Source: an uncultured Gammaproteobacteria bacterium | Lineage (GTDB): Bacteria; Patescibacteriota; Patescibacteriia; UBA9934 | Direction: 5' to 3' | Assembly: GCA_964355955.1 (NCBI GenBank) | Contig: CAYHFQ010000002.1 | Coordinates: 2,338 to 66,337, forward strand | DNA: 64,000 nucleotides | Shown here: piece by piece, positions 26,547-37,321 of the stretch | Layout: each line of letters opens with the position of its first letter | How positions within the stretch are numbered: position 1 is the stretch's first letter | Program-made: the position numbers and the translations under genes | Notes under the pieces: model-generated | Told to the model about the DNA's origin: nothing | Seen by the model: the letters and a program-made list of their open reading frames with translations, nothing else | Database searches by the model: none

Positions 26547-26625
26547 GCAAGGCTTGACGAGGCTTTGTTAGCACTCTATACTTAGGACTGCTAAGGTTGT
26601 TACCGTTTATTTTAGCCATTTTCCT

Positions 26626-29280
26626 ATGATGCCTAGTAATTTTACATCAAAGTCGAACCAAGCCATGCAGGCTGCCCAGATGATCGCCGCGGACAATGGT
26701 CAGCACGGGATTGAACCAATTCACCTTCTCGCCGCTCTTTTGGCCGATGATGAAGGCATGGTCATGACTCTTCTCCAAAAGCTGAATTCGCCAATCTCCG
26801 CCATTCAAAACGACGTCGTGCGGATGCTCGAAACCATCCCCCGCCACGCCAGCGTGGAGCAGCCAATTCCTGGCCAGATTTTCTTGACGCCACCTTTGGC
26901 CCACGTTCTCGAAAGCGCCATCACGCTCGCCAAACAATTCGGCGACGAATACATCTCCACCGAACATCTCCTCCTCGCTTTACTGACGGAAAAGATGACG
27001 GGCGGCTTACTCCACAATCACGGCTTAACGGCCGAGGGTATTTTGACGACGCTCAAAGAAATTCGCGGTGACGCTAAAATCAACACGCCAGACCCAGAAA
27101 AGAAGACGCAATCAATCGAACGTTTTAGCGTCAACATGACGGAACTCGCCCGTCGCGGCAAACTCGACCCGGTCATTGGCCGCGACGAAGAAATTCGCCG
27201 CGTCATGCAAGTTTTGTCCCGCCGCACCAAAAATAATCCTGTTCTAATCGGTGAAGCTGGCGTGGGAAAGACCGCCATTATCGAAGGTCTCGCTCAGCGC
27301 ATCATTGCCGGCGACGTGCCAGAGTCGCTCAAAGAAAAAGAAATCGTCAGCCTCGACTTGGGTGCCATGGTTGCCGGTACCAAATTCCGTGGCGAGTTCG
27401 AAGAGCGCCTCAAGTCCGTCGTCAATGAAATCAACGCCAGCAACGGCAAGATTATTTTATTCATCGACGAACTGCACATGTTAGTCGGCGCTGGTCATGG
27501 CGACGATGCTCCGATGGACGCTAGCAACTTACTGAAACCTGCTTTGGCGCGCGGTGAAATTCGCGTGGTTGGTGCCACTACCACCAAGGAATACCAAAAG
27601 CATATCGAGAAAGACCAGGCCCTAGAAAGACGTTTCCAACCTATCATGGTTAATGAGCCAAGCGTGGACGACACCATCGCCATTCTTCGCGGCATTAAGG
27701 AACGCTACGAAATTCACCACGGCGTGCGTATTTCCGACAACGCTATTATTGCCGCCACTGAACTTTCCACCCGCTATATTACCGACCGTCAGTTGCCCGA
27801 CAAAGCTGTCGATTTAATCGACGAAGCTGCCTCAGCGTTGCGTCTACAGATTGACTCCATGCCAGAAGAATTGGATCGCTTGAAGCGTGACGAAATGCGT
27901 TTGCAAATTGAACGCCAAGCCCTACTGAAAGAAGAAGACAAGGCGTCCAAGTCTCGCTTAAAAGAAATTGAGCGCCAAATCGCTGACTTGAAGGAGCAGT
28001 CCGGCGCCCTCGAAATCGCCTGGAATTCGGAAAAGCAATTGATTGAAGGTATTCGCGCTGCCAAAAATGACATGGACAAGCTTATCAACGAGGCTGAATT
28101 TGAAGAACGTCGTGGCAATCTACAACGCGTCGCCGAAATTCGTTACGGTCAAATTCCTGCCAAACGTGAAGCCCTCAAAAAAACCGAGGGCGAGCTAAAA
28201 GTTTTGCAGCAACAACGCGGCCTCCTAAAAGAAGTCGTTGGCGAAGAAGACATCGCTGCCGTGGTTGGCCGCTGGACGCATATTCCGGTATCAAAGATGT
28301 TGGAAGGCGAACTCACTAAACTTGCCCGCATGGAAGACGCCCTCAAAAAGCGTGTCATCGGCCAAGAAGAAGCTATTCACGCCGTCAGCAACGCCCTCCG
28401 CCGTTCCCGCGCTGGCATTAGCGAAGAAAACCGTCCGATTGGTAGCTTCATTTTCATGGGCCCAACCGGCGTCGGTAAAACCGAACTCGCCAAAGCCCTC
28501 GCTGAGTTCATGTTCAATGACGAGAAGGCTCTTGTTCGCTTAGACATGAGCGAATACATGGAGCGCCACAGTATGAGCAAGATGGTCGGTTCCCCACCAG
28601 GCTATGTGGGCTACGACGAAGCCGGTCAGCTAACCGAGAAGATTCGCAAGCATCCTTACTCCGTCGTCCTGTTCGACGAAATTGAAAAGGCCCATCCCGA
28701 CGTCTTCAATCTTCTCCTGCAAATTCTTGACGACGGCCACATTACGGACGCCAAGGGTCGCAAAGTCAATTTCAAAAATACCGTTATCATCATGACGAGC
28801 AACATTGGTTCCGACGCCATTCTAAGCAACGTTCAACGCTCGAGCCTCGGCTTCCATGACGGCACCGTCACCGCCGACGATTCAACCAAGGGCAAAGTCC
28901 TCGAACTTCTTAAGGAACATTTCCGACCCGAGTTCTTAAACCGCATCGACGAAACTATTGTCTTCCACGCCTTAACCCAAGAACAGATCGCCGAGGTCGT
29001 TGAGCTACAGTTGGCCATCGTCGGTAAACGATTAATAACCGAGCGCGGCATCGGCCTCAAAGTAACGGAGAAAGCCAAGAAACTCCTGGCCCTTCGCGGT
29101 TACGATCCACAATACGGCGCTCGTCCTCTCAAACGCGTCATTCAGTCCATGATTCTCGATCCACTAGCCATGAAGATTATCACTGGCGACATTCGTGACA
29201 GCGCCGCCCTCACCATTGATGCTAACAAAAAAGAAGAGATTGAGATTCGGAGTAAAGAATTGGTGGGTAGTAGAAAGTAG
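26626..29280 (+). CDS. clpB: chaperone disaggregase ClpB
   Basis: Clp N-domain, two AAA+ modules ([10 protein letters not shown]; [14 protein letters not shown]), long coiled-coil middle domain. 884 aa. Confidence 0.9.
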   Translation: MMPSNFTSKSNQAMQAAQMIAADNGQHGIEPIHLLAALLADDEGMVMTLLQKLNSPISAIQNDVVRMLETIPRHASVEQPIPGQIFLTPPLAHVLESAITLAKQFGDEYISTEHLLLALLTEKMTGGLLHNHGLTAEGILTTLKEIRGDAKINTPDPEKKTQSIERFSVNMTELARRGKLDPVIGRDEEIRRVMQVLSRRTKNNPVLIGEAGVGKTAIIEGLAQRIIAGDVPESLKEKEIVSLDLGAMVAGTKFRGEFEERLKSVVNEINASNGKIILFIDELHMLVGAGHGDDAPMDASNLLKPALARGEIRVVGATTTKEYQKHIEKDQALERRFQPIMVNEPSVDDTIAILRGIKERYEIHHGVRISDNAIIAATELSTRYITDRQLPDKAVDLIDEAASALRLQIDSMPEELDRLKRDEMRLQIERQALLKEEDKASKSRLKEIERQIADLKEQSGALEIAWNSEKQLIEGIRAAKNDMDKLINEAEFEERRGNLQRVAEIRYGQIPAKREALKKTEGELKVLQQQRGLLKEVVGEEDIAAVVGRWTHIPVSKMLEGELTKLARMEDALKKRVIGQEEAIHAVSNALRRSRAGISEENRPIGSFIFMGPTGVGKTELAKALAEFMFNDEKALVRLDMSEYMERHSMSKMVGSPPGYVGYDEAGQLTEKIRKHPYSVVLFDEIEKAHPDVFNLLLQILDDGHITDAKGRKVNFKNTVIIMTSNIGSDAILSNVQRSSLGFHDGTVTADDSTKGKVLELLKEHFRPEFLNRIDETIVFHALTQEQIAEVVELQLAIVGKRLITERGIGLKVTEKAKKLLALRGYDPQYGARPLKRVIQSMILDPLAMKIITGDIRDSAALTIDANKKEEIEIRSKELVGSRK

Positions 29281-29306
29281 ATTGTAGAGGGTAGACTAAG
29301 AATTAT

Positions 29307-29339
29307 AAAAGAGCCCGGCTCAGGCCAGGCTTTTTTATA
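29307..29339. terminator. bidirectional terminator between the convergent clpB and ppa genes
   Basis: aaaagagcc-cggctcaggcca-ggcttttttat, an A-tract/T-tract-flanked GC hairpin. It sits within longer flanking inverted repeats (29269-29295 / 29350-29375: gtagaaagtagattgtagagggtaga ... tctaccctctacaat). Confidence 0.55.
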
Positions 29340-29386
29340 ATAGACTTTGTTAATCTACTCTCTACTTTCTACCCTCTACAATCCGC

Positions 29387-29893
29387 TTACTTCTTATAAT
29401 TCTCCATCGCTGCCACGATAATTGCTTTAGCTGCAGCTGCGTCCTGCCAGTCCTCAATCTTCGTCATCTTCTTTTCTAAGATTTTGTAGCTCTCGAAGAA
29501 GAACGAAATTTCATCCTTCAAGTGCTGAGTCACGTCGGCCAAGTCGTTGATGTGCTTAAAACGCACGTCGTCCTTCGCAACCGCCAAAATCTTTTCGTCC
29601 TGGCCCTTGTCGTCGCTCATCACGAGCACGCCAATTGGACGCACATCAACCGCCACGCCTGGGAAAAGTGGGTTGCTAACCATGACCAAAACGTCCAATG
29701 GATCGCCATCGCCGCCCAAAGTCTCCGGGAAGAAACCGTAGTCACAGGGGTAAAACATTGGTGAGAACAGCACGCGGTCGAGCTTGATGATGCCCTGTTC
29801 GTGGTCAAATTCGTACTTGTTCTGGCTGCCGCGTGGCACTTCAATCACGGCTTGGCAAACGTCTGGGGCCTTGCTTCCAATGCTCAAATTCAT
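29387..29893 (-). CDS. ppa: inorganic pyrophosphatase (family I)
   Basis: EIPRGSQNKYEFD, DGDPLDVLV, VLVMSDDKGQDEKIL motifs. Start set at MNLSIG; the longer ORF (to 30028) would overlap the next gene's start. Confidence 0.85.
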   Translation of the reverse strand: MNLSIGSKAPDVCQAVIEVPRGSQNKYEFDHEQGIIKLDRVLFSPMFYPCDYGFFPETLGGDGDPLDVLVMVSNPLFPGVAVDVRPIGVLVMSDDKGQDEKILAVAKDDVRFKHINDLADVTQHLKDEISFFFESYKILEKKMTKIEDWQDAAAAKAIIVAAMENYKK

Positions 29894-29981
29894 AGGTCTG
29901 TAGTTAAAGTCGATGCCCGCATAATAGTGCCCATTTTGCCCTCTGTCAAAGGCTTTTCCGCCTGTGGTATAATAAAGCCCT

Positions 29982-31349
29982 ATGAAACGACTTCTTGCTA
30001 CCCTGGCCCTGGCCACGCTCGTGCTCACACCACTCAGCTCGGTGTTAGCTTTTGATCCTAACTATATTATCTCCGACGACGAACTAACCAACCCTTTCGC
30101 TCTTGATCGCAATCAAATTCAAGCCTACCTCGACCGCGGCTACCTCGGCACCTATCGCACCGAAGATAATACTGGCGTCGTCCGTTACGCCGCGGACATT
30201 ATTTTACGCGCCGCGCAAAGTGCTGGCGTCAGTCCAAAATTCCTCCTCGTCCTCCTCCAAAAAGAACAGAGCCTTGTGGAGGACGACGCCCCGACCGATA
30301 ATCAGCTCGACTGGGCCACTGGTTACGCCGTTTGCGACGACTGCTCTAAAGATGACGGCACCATTCAGCGTTGGCGCGGTTTCGGCAAGCAAGTAAATTC
30401 CGCCGCCTTGCAATTCAGCGAAGGCTACATGGCCGACATTGCTGCCGCTGGTAGCACGCAGGGCAAATACGGTCCGGACCTGAAAGTGACCATTGACAGT
30501 ACCACCGTCACTCCGGTCAATGCTGCCACCGCTGCCCTCTACGCTTACACACCGCACATTCACGGCAACGCCAACTTCGCCTCTATTTGGGACCGCTGGT
30601 TCGGCGCCAACTATCCTAGCGGGTCACTTTTGCAGGTCGCAGGTCAAGCTGGCGTCTACTTAATTCAGGACGGCTACAAGCGTCACATCACTAGCTACAG
30701 CGCCCTCACTTCCCGCTTCAATTCAGACCTGATAGTCCAAGTCAGCCAAACAATCTTGAATAATTATCCAGACGGATCGCCTATCAGTTTCCCTAACTAT
30801 TCGTTATTAGCAGATGAAGAAAGCAACGTTTACTTATTGGTCGACGATAGTCTCCGCAAAATAGACAGCGACGCTACTTTCAAGTCAATCGGTTTTTCGA
30901 GCGACGAAATAGTGGAAATCACCAACGCCGAGCGTGACGCCTACACCATGGGTAGCGACATCACCAGCGCTACCATCAGCCCAGCCGGCATGCTTTACCA
31001 GTTAAAGTCGAACAAGGCTGTTTACTATGTTCGCGACGGCATCCGTCAGGTCATAGTCGACCCAGCTATCCTCGCCGCTCGCTTCCCTAACGAGCAGCCA
31101 ACACCGGCCGACTCGGTCGTCATCGAGCAATACAAAGAAGGTAAGGCTTTACTCTTGCCCGACGGCAACTTAGTTAAAGGCGTGCTCGATCCAACAGTTT
31201 ACGTCATCACGGGTGGCATGCGTCGCGCCATTGACTCCGAAGAAACTTTCTACAGTTTTGGCTGGTCTTGGAATCACGTCCTCACAATCAACGACGAAGC
31301 CCTCGCCTTGCACCCACTTGGCGCAGCGCTAACTTCAGCTTCAGAATAA
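29982..31349 (+). CDS. hypothetical secreted protein (signal peptide)
   Basis: N-terminal MKRLLATLALATLVLTPLSSVLA. 455 aa. No family recognised. Confidence 0.5.
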   Translation: MKRLLATLALATLVLTPLSSVLAFDPNYIISDDELTNPFALDRNQIQAYLDRGYLGTYRTEDNTGVVRYAADIILRAAQSAGVSPKFLLVLLQKEQSLVEDDAPTDNQLDWATGYAVCDDCSKDDGTIQRWRGFGKQVNSAALQFSEGYMADIAAAGSTQGKYGPDLKVTIDSTTVTPVNAATAALYAYTPHIHGNANFASIWDRWFGANYPSGSLLQVAGQAGVYLIQDGYKRHITSYSALTSRFNSDLIVQVSQTILNNYPDGSPISFPNYSLLADEESNVYLLVDDSLRKIDSDATFKSIGFSSDEIVEITNAERDAYTMGSDITSATISPAGMLYQLKSNKAVYYVRDGIRQVIVDPAILAARFPNEQPTPADSVVIEQYKEGKALLLPDGNLVKGVLDPTVYVITGGMRRAIDSEETFYSFGWSWNHVLTINDEALALHPLGAALTSASE

Positions 31350-31350
31350 T

Positions 31351-32142
31351 ATGATCGTCTTCGCCGCGCACGTTCCCAACTCGCCCCTCCTATTGCCCTC
31401 AATTAGCGGCGACCGGATTGGAGCAGTTAAAAAAACCTGCGCTGCCATGGATCAGCTAGCCGACGAGCTCTACGCCGCCAAACCAGACACCATCGTCATC
31501 ATCAGCGACCACCCGACGCGTTATAGCGAAGCCTTTTCTATCTCTGTTAGCGACCCTTACACCGCGGACTTAGCTAACGTGGGCGATTTGAGTTACAAGC
31601 AAACCTATCACCCAGACTTCAGTTTAATCGACGCCTTGCAAAGGGCTCTCCGCAAGTTCGACGAAGCCGTAACTTTAACCACAGATCCTCATCTTAATTT
31701 CGCCGCCGCCATTCCGCTGGATTTACTCACCGAACATTTGCCGAATATTCACATCGTGCCAATCAGTCCTTGCGACCTGGACCCCAAGGCCCACTTTACC
31801 TTCGGCCAATCACTTAAGCACACCCTGACCGAAAGCAAGAAACGTATTGCTGTTATCTCAGCTGGCGACTTGGCCCACACCCTCACGGATTTCGCTCCAG
31901 GCGGTTTACATACCAGCGGCTCTGATTACGACGACACCATGCTGACGCTACTCGAACAACACAACGTCGTTGGCATCTTGCAAATCGAAGAGAAATTGCG
32001 TCATGAAGCCCAGGAAGCAGCCTATTTCAAACTTATGATATTACTCGGCATTCTCGACGGAATGCCAGTTACCACTAATTTAATGAACTACGAGTACCCT
32101 TACGGCGTCGGCCTAGCTGTGGTAAATTTTATATTGGAGTAA
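31351..32142 (+). CDS. LigB-family (class III extradiol dioxygenase / DODA/YgiD-like) protein
   Basis: IVIISDHP... and ...RIAVISAGDLAHTL segments parallel the YgiD/LigB subunit B architecture. Confidence 0.5.
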   Translation: MIVFAAHVPNSPLLLPSISGDRIGAVKKTCAAMDQLADELYAAKPDTIVIISDHPTRYSEAFSISVSDPYTADLANVGDLSYKQTYHPDFSLIDALQRALRKFDEAVTLTTDPHLNFAAAIPLDLLTEHLPNIHIVPISPCDLDPKAHFTFGQSLKHTLTESKKRIAVISAGDLAHTLTDFAPGGLHTSGSDYDDTMLTLLEQHNVVGILQIEEKLRHEAQEAAYFKLMILLGILDGMPVTTNLMNYEYPYGVGLAVVNFILE

Positions 32143-32154
32143 TAACCTTCCACC

Positions 32155-33963
32155 ATGTACCTCCGAGTTTACCCAATCTTAAGACTGCCGCGGAGGTTCG
32201 GCGTCTTTGACTATCAGCTACCGGAGGGACTCAACGTCTCGTCCGGCGATTTAGTGCATGTCCCGTTTCATAATCGCGTCATCCTAGCTGTCGCCGTAGC
32301 CCTAACCGAAGTGACCGAGGTCAGGAGCAAACTCGCCGAGGTGATCGACGTCGCCTTTCCGCAAGCCCTAGCCGAACGCGATACTCACCGCTTAGTGAAT
32401 CTGGCCCAAACAATTGCCCAGTCACCTTCCACTATTTTTTTATCTACCTTCGGCCAGTTAAAATCAGAACATTCCGCCCCACGTCTAGTGTCGCAAAATA
32501 ACACTCAACTCTCACTACCAAAAGACCTAGTGGAGCAGTTACAGAACATCGTAAAGCTAATTTCGTTAAAACAAATCAATCAAGGTAGCGATGGTATAAC
32601 TTGCCAACTAGGCACCGAGGCTTCTTTTGCCCTCGCCCGCCTCCTCCGCCAACGGACTAATGGACAAATGCTCATCATCATGCCCCGCGAACGCGACGTC
32701 GAACTCCTTGGCAAGCTCATCGACCTCGGCAAAAGCACCGCCATGCTCCACGGTCACACCAAACCCTACGAGCGCGAAAAAATCATTCACGCCTGGCGTT
32801 CTGGCCGCCTACAAACCTTGATCGGTACCCTCCAAGCTACTCTCATTCCAGCCCACAAAATCGACACCGTCCTCCTCATGAGCACCGGCACGGACGACCA
32901 TTTTTCCGATCGCCGTAATCCACGGCTCGATAACCGCCTTTGTGCCCAAGCTCAGGCCGTCCAGCATAACGCCCTCTTTGTCACTACTGACTTTTTGCCA
33001 CGACCTGAAGAATTGGCCACCTTCGAACTCTCCTCATTCTCACCAGCCGCCGAGCCGATCATGGTCGATTTGCGTAAACCAGACGAACAAACCGACACTC
33101 AGCTACTCTCCGAAACCCTCCTCGCTGAGGTAAATAAGGCTTTACAAAGCCAAAAAAAGGTGCTACTTTTCTACAACCGCAAAGGCGTCGCCAAACGCGT
33201 CGTCTGCTCCAGTTGTTGCGCCATGGTCATTTGCCCCACTTGCGGCAACGTCCCGTCCATCCGGCCGCCAACTGCCCATTGCTTACGCTGCGGTCACGTC
33301 TGGCCAATTCCGGAGAAATGCGGCGCTTGTACCACCGGTCACCTCGGCCTCAAAGGTATCGGCAACGCCCACCTGGAAAAAGCATTAGTCGCCCTCTTCC
33401 CTACCTACTCTGTCGGTCGCGTCGAGAAGAATCACACCGAGGGCCGCAACGCCCAAATCCAGCTAGTCACCGAATATTTCTTTTCGAGTTTAGTCGAACC
33501 ATTCGGCCGCAAAGAATACGGTTTGGTCGCCGACTTGGCTGCGGACCTATCACTCAACCCCGAGAACTTCCGAGCCGAAGAAGAAACGGCTCGCAAGCTG
33601 CACCGCCTAGCCAGCTTCGGCAAGCAGCAAAATGCCACGGTCCTCATCCAAACTTGGTTGCCGGACTTAATCGAAGAAATGCGTAACGCCGAAACCTGGC
33701 TGAACAACGAGACAACTACTAGGCAAAGCTACGGTCTGCCACCATTTGCCGCGGAGCTTACCGTGCGTCACGTCGACTCAGCTGCGCTCATCGCTATCAC
33801 CAATCAAACCTTTATCGACGTTCCGGAAAAGCTTGAAGCGATCGGCCGAATTCCGTACAATAAACTCGACGAAGTTATCAATACTCTAGCAACTTTGCCA
33901 GACACCGCCGTCATTTCTATTGATCAAACCTATGCCAGCTCTAACCGTCCTCTGCAATCCTAA
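32155..33963 (+). CDS. priA: primosomal protein N' (PriA)-like, with a degenerate Walker A
   Basis: Characteristic PriA Zn-binding Cys cluster (CSSCCAMVICPTCG...CLRCGH...CGAC) and LHG...ERE...W..G...IGT helicase-core conservation. Expected GxGKT reads QLGTEASF and DEEHD reads STGTDDHF. Confidence 0.6.
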   Translation: MYLRVYPILRLPRRFGVFDYQLPEGLNVSSGDLVHVPFHNRVILAVAVALTEVTEVRSKLAEVIDVAFPQALAERDTHRLVNLAQTIAQSPSTIFLSTFGQLKSEHSAPRLVSQNNTQLSLPKDLVEQLQNIVKLISLKQINQGSDGITCQLGTEASFALARLLRQRTNGQMLIIMPRERDVELLGKLIDLGKSTAMLHGHTKPYEREKIIHAWRSGRLQTLIGTLQATLIPAHKIDTVLLMSTGTDDHFSDRRNPRLDNRLCAQAQAVQHNALFVTTDFLPRPEELATFELSSFSPAAEPIMVDLRKPDEQTDTQLLSETLLAEVNKALQSQKKVLLFYNRKGVAKRVVCSSCCAMVICPTCGNVPSIRPPTAHCLRCGHVWPIPEKCGACTTGHLGLKGIGNAHLEKALVALFPTYSVGRVEKNHTEGRNAQIQLVTEYFFSSLVEPFGRKEYGLVADLAADLSLNPENFRAEEETARKLHRLASFGKQQNATVLIQTWLPDLIEEMRNAETWLNNETTTRQSYGLPPFAAELTVRHVDSAALIAITNQTFIDVPEKLEAIGRIPYNKLDEVINTLATLPDTAVISIDQTYASSNRPLQS

Positions 33964-34411
33964 TCCTGAACTCCGCGTTCTCTCTGTCGCCTTAAGCACC
34001 GAAGAGATCTTGTTGCCACACACGCAAAAACTTATTGACGACATGATTGTCACCATGCAAGTGGAAGACGGCGTTGGTCTGGCTGCCCCGCAAGTTGGTG
34101 CTCATCTCCGCCTGATAGTCGCCGAGACTCCACGCGGTAACATGGCTTTCATTAATCCCGTCATCACTTCCCGCTCGGTTCGCCTCATCAACTCCACCGA
34201 AGGTTGTCTCTCCGTGCCTGGTATGTCTGGCGTTGTTAAGCGTCACTCCAGCGTCAAAGTAACCGCTCAAGACCGTACCGGTAAAACCATCGAGCTCAAA
34301 GCCAACGGCCTCCTCTCCATCATCTTCCAACACGAAATCGATCACTTGGACGGCGTTCTCTTCATTGACCGCGCCGAAAAAGTTGTTACCGACGCCAAAT
34401 CCCGCCTGTAA
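33920..34411 (+). CDS. def: peptide deformylase
   Basis: GVGLAAPQVG, EGCLSVPG, QHEIDHLDG motifs. Start may be a few codons in (overlaps the priA end). Confidence 0.9.
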   Translation: MIKPMPALTVLCNPNPELRVLSVALSTEEILLPHTQKLIDDMIVTMQVEDGVGLAAPQVGAHLRLIVAETPRGNMAFINPVITSRSVRLINSTEGCLSVPGMSGVVKRHSSVKVTAQDRTGKTIELKANGLLSIIFQHEIDHLDGVLFIDRAEKVVTDAKSRL

Positions 34412-34425
34412 TTTTGAAAACTTAT

Positions 34426-34497
34426 CAGGCTTTCCCCTAACAGGTTTTCCCCCTAATAGATATTCATCGGATGTAGACTCAGTCTACATCGGATGTA
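34426..34497 (+). promoter_or_regulatory. structured def-fmt spacer: tandem caggCTTTCCCCTAA / caggTTTTCCCCCTAA repeats, then a 9-bp-arm palindrome gatgtagac-tca-gtctacatc flanked by catcggatgta direct repeats
   Basis: Read directly from the sequence. Shares the ATGTAGAC/GTCTACAT core with the palindrome inside tagA. Confidence 0.5.
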
Positions 34498-34508
34498 TAT
34501 CGTATCCT

Positions 34509-35435
34509 ATGAAAATCGTTTTCTTCGGCACCCCCCAATTTTCCGCTGATTTTTTACTCGGCCTCATCAACGAGCCTTCTTTCGAAGTCATCGCCGTCGT
34601 CTGCCAACCCGACGAACCGCAAGGCCGCAAGAAAATCATGACTGCGCCACCAACCAAATCATTAGCCGAGTCTCGTAACATCCCCGTCTTCCAACCAACC
34701 AAACTCAAGGACGACACGTTCGTCGAGTCTCTTCGATCACTTAACGCCGACGCTTTCGTAGTGGTTGCTTACGGCCGCATAATCCCCCAAATCGTCCTCG
34801 ACTTACCCAAGCTCGGTACTATCAACGTTCACCCATCGCTCTTGCCCAAGTACCGCGGCCCTTCGCCCATGCAATCCGCCATCGCTGCTGGTGAAACAGA
34901 AACTGGCATCTCCATCATGCTCCTCGACGCACTCATGGACCACGGACCAATCTTGGCGCAAACGAAGTTATCGATAACCTCGGATACCACTAGCGAATCG
35001 TTGATGGCCGAAGTTGTTGCTACTGGCGTGCCATTGCTTATCGAAACTCTAAAAAAGTTTGAACTCGGTGAAATCACGCCAATCGAGCAAGATCATTCAG
35101 CCGCTACCATCTGTTCATTACTCTCACGAGCCGACGGTATCATTGACTGGACGCAACCAGCGGCCCTCATCGACGCCAAAATCCGCGGCCTCAATCCTTG
35201 GCCAGGTACATCGAGCGCTAATCTCAAAATCTTTTCAGCCTGTATACGCTCAACGTATACGCTCAACTTAGACCTATCACCAGGTCAAATCCTCATCGAC
35301 GGCGACCACCTCCTCATCGGCACCGGCACCACCGCCCTCGCCATCCTGGAACTCCAGCCCGCCGCCGGCAAGCGTATGTCTGCCGCCGCTTTCATTGCTG
35401 GGCATCACGAACTTAACGGAACGAGTTTATTATAA
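34509..35435 (+). CDS. fmt: methionyl-tRNA formyltransferase
   Basis: MKIVFFGTPQFS N-terminus, HPSLLPKYRG motif, C-terminal domain. The ORF-track start at 34365 would cover the structured spacer. Confidence 0.9.
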   Translation: MKIVFFGTPQFSADFLLGLINEPSFEVIAVVCQPDEPQGRKKIMTAPPTKSLAESRNIPVFQPTKLKDDTFVESLRSLNADAFVVVAYGRIIPQIVLDLPKLGTINVHPSLLPKYRGPSPMQSAIAAGETETGISIMLLDALMDHGPILAQTKLSITSDTTSESLMAEVVATGVPLLIETLKKFELGEITPIEQDHSAATICSLLSRADGIIDWTQPAALIDAKIRGLNPWPGTSSANLKIFSACIRSTYTLNLDLSPGQILIDGDHLLIGTGTTALAILELQPAAGKRMSAAAFIAGHHELNGTSLL

Positions 35436-35467
35436 ACTTTTTAGACGAACTATAGTCCCCGAGCCTT

Positions 35468-35522
35468 GGCCTGCACGAGCGACAATAAAAAATCACCTCA
35501 CCGGACGCTTTCTCGCGTCACG
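35468..35522. terminator. bidirectional intrinsic terminator (fmt on plus, ABC exporter on minus)
   Basis: aaaaaatcacctc...gaggtgattttttttc: 9-bp outer stem, inner gacgc/gcgtc stem, A-tract 5' and T-tract 3'. Confidence 0.6.
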
Positions 35523-35540
35523 GGAGGTGATTTTTTTTCA

Positions 35541-37298
35541 TTACGGTAAGAACCCACCAGCTTGAATACTCCACAACTTCTTGTACGTCCCCTCATGCTG
35601 GATCAACTCTTCGTGCGTGCCAGCGTCGACTACAGCCCCCTTTTCGATGACCACAATGCGGTCCATCTGCATAATCGTACTCAAGCGATGCGCGATGACA
35701 ATCACCGTCTTACTCTTCATCAACTCATGCAAAGCGTCCTGAATAAGTGATTCGCTCTCGGAGTCAAGACTACTCGTCGCCTCGTCGAGTACCAGGATTG
35801 GCGCGTTCTTGAGAATTGCTCGAGCAATCGCCACGCGTTGCCTCTCACCACCAGACAGTTTAACGCCACGCTCACCAACCTTCGTGTCATAACCATGCGC
35901 CAGCTCCGAGATAAACTCATGACAATGGGCCTTCTTGCTGGCCGCAATCACTTCTTTGTCACTCGCATCACGCCGACCATAACGAATATTCTCCATCACC
36001 GTTCGATGAAAGAGCAACGAATCTTGCGGCACGAGCGATACCAGCGACCGCAAACTCTCCTGCGTCACTTTGCTAATATCCTGTCCGTCGATAGTAATCG
36101 CCCCCTTCGTCACGTCAAAGAACCGCATGAGCAGTTTGATCACCGTACTCTTCCCCGCCCCGCTCGGCCCAATGAACGCCACCTTCTCGCGTGGTTTAAT
36201 ATCAATCGTCAGATCGCGCAAAATTGGTTTACTCTCACTGTAACCAAACGTCACATTCTTAAAAGCAATTTCCCCCTTCTTAACCATGAGCTTCTTGGCC
36301 CCCTTTTTGTCGACTAATTCAAAAGGCAATTCCAATACGTCGACCATCTCTTTAGCGTCCGCAAAGCCTTCATAAACATCACGAATAACGCGACCAAAGT
36401 CCCACAAACGATTAAAAAGGCCAATCAAAGCAGCCTGAATAAGCGCGAAGTCACCCAAGGTAATTCGACCAAGAACATACAGGTGGATAGCAATATACAT
36501 CGCCACCGCGTTCAAAACCAACATGAAACCACCCTGCACGGCGTCGTTCACCGCCCCCAGGTTCCAGGTAAACGTCATCATCTTGCGCCACCTGGCGTTC
36601 ACCTCCACAAATCGTGTCTCCTCAAACTTTTTACCTACAAACTGCTGAATCGTCACAGCATTGCCAACAGCATCCGCCAACACGCCGCTCGCCTCAGTAT
36701 CCAACTGTGCCCGAATTAAGTCATACTTAAGCTTCCATTTGGCCACGAAGATATTGGCGATGATAAATAAGACCGCCCAAATACAAAGTATGCCCGCAAA
36801 CAACGGACTACGGAGATAAAAGATTATGATCGTACCAACAATCGCAACAACAATAGAAATCAGCTTCCAAGTGAACTGATCCATCAAGCGTTCGAAAGCG
36901 CGGCCAAAACGATGAATCTTCTTTACCAACGAACCAGCAAAGTTATCGGTAAAAAAACGATAGGAGTGACTGAGTAGATGACTAAAGGCCGTCTGCTCCA
37001 AATCAGCAATAATTTTTGGCTGAATATAATTATTGGTAACGCCGGCTAAGCGATGCAACAACCAAGAAGATGCGTTCACACCAACCATCAAACCCAAAAT
37101 ACCAAGCAAAGTCGCCGCTAACACCTCACCTGTTTGCCCGGTCGCGAATGCATCAAAAAACCTCTTACTCAGCAATGATGGTATTAGTTCTAAAACGTTC
37201 ACCCCCACCAGCACGAGCAACAAAAAACTCATGGACCACGGATACCGCTTAACGTGCTGCCAGTAAACTTTGATTGTTGAGTTGATAGATAATGACAT
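35541..37298 (-). CDS. ABC exporter, fused TMD-NBD (MsbA/type-I-exporter family)
   Basis: Six N-terminal TM helices, Walker A GPSGAGKST, signature LSGGERQRVAIARAIL, Walker B ILVLDEATS. Confidence 0.85.
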   Translation of the reverse strand: MSLSINSTIKVYWQHVKRYPWSMSFLLLVLVGVNVLELIPSLLSKRFFDAFATGQTGEVLAATLLGILGLMVGVNASSWLLHRLAGVTNNYIQPKIIADLEQTAFSHLLSHSYRFFTDNFAGSLVKKIHRFGRAFERLMDQFTWKLISIVVAIVGTIIIFYLRSPLFAGILCIWAVLFIIANIFVAKWKLKYDLIRAQLDTEASGVLADAVGNAVTIQQFVGKKFEETRFVEVNARWRKMMTFTWNLGAVNDAVQGGFMLVLNAVAMYIAIHLYVLGRITLGDFALIQAALIGLFNRLWDFGRVIRDVYEGFADAKEMVDVLELPFELVDKKGAKKLMVKKGEIAFKNVTFGYSESKPILRDLTIDIKPREKVAFIGPSGAGKSTVIKLLMRFFDVTKGAITIDGQDISKVTQESLRSLVSLVPQDSLLFHRTVMENIRYGRRDASDKEVIAASKKAHCHEFISELAHGYDTKVGERGVKLSGGERQRVAIARAILKNAPILVLDEATSSLDSESESLIQDALHELMKSKTVIVIAHRLSTIMQMDRIVVIEKGAVVDAGTHEELIQHEGTYKKLWSIQAGGFLP

Positions 37299-37321
37299 GG
37301 CGGGATTATAACACGAGCTAA

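Noticed and set aside
29894-30028. 45-aa N-terminal extension of ppa
   Set aside because: The extension has no homology to PPases and would overlap the start of the divergent 29982 gene. MNLSIG aligns with family I PPase N-termini.
34365-34508. Upstream extension of fmt (ORF-track start 34365)
   Set aside because: It covers the repeat/palindrome-rich def-fmt spacer and overlaps def. MKIVFFGTPQFS is the conserved Fmt start.
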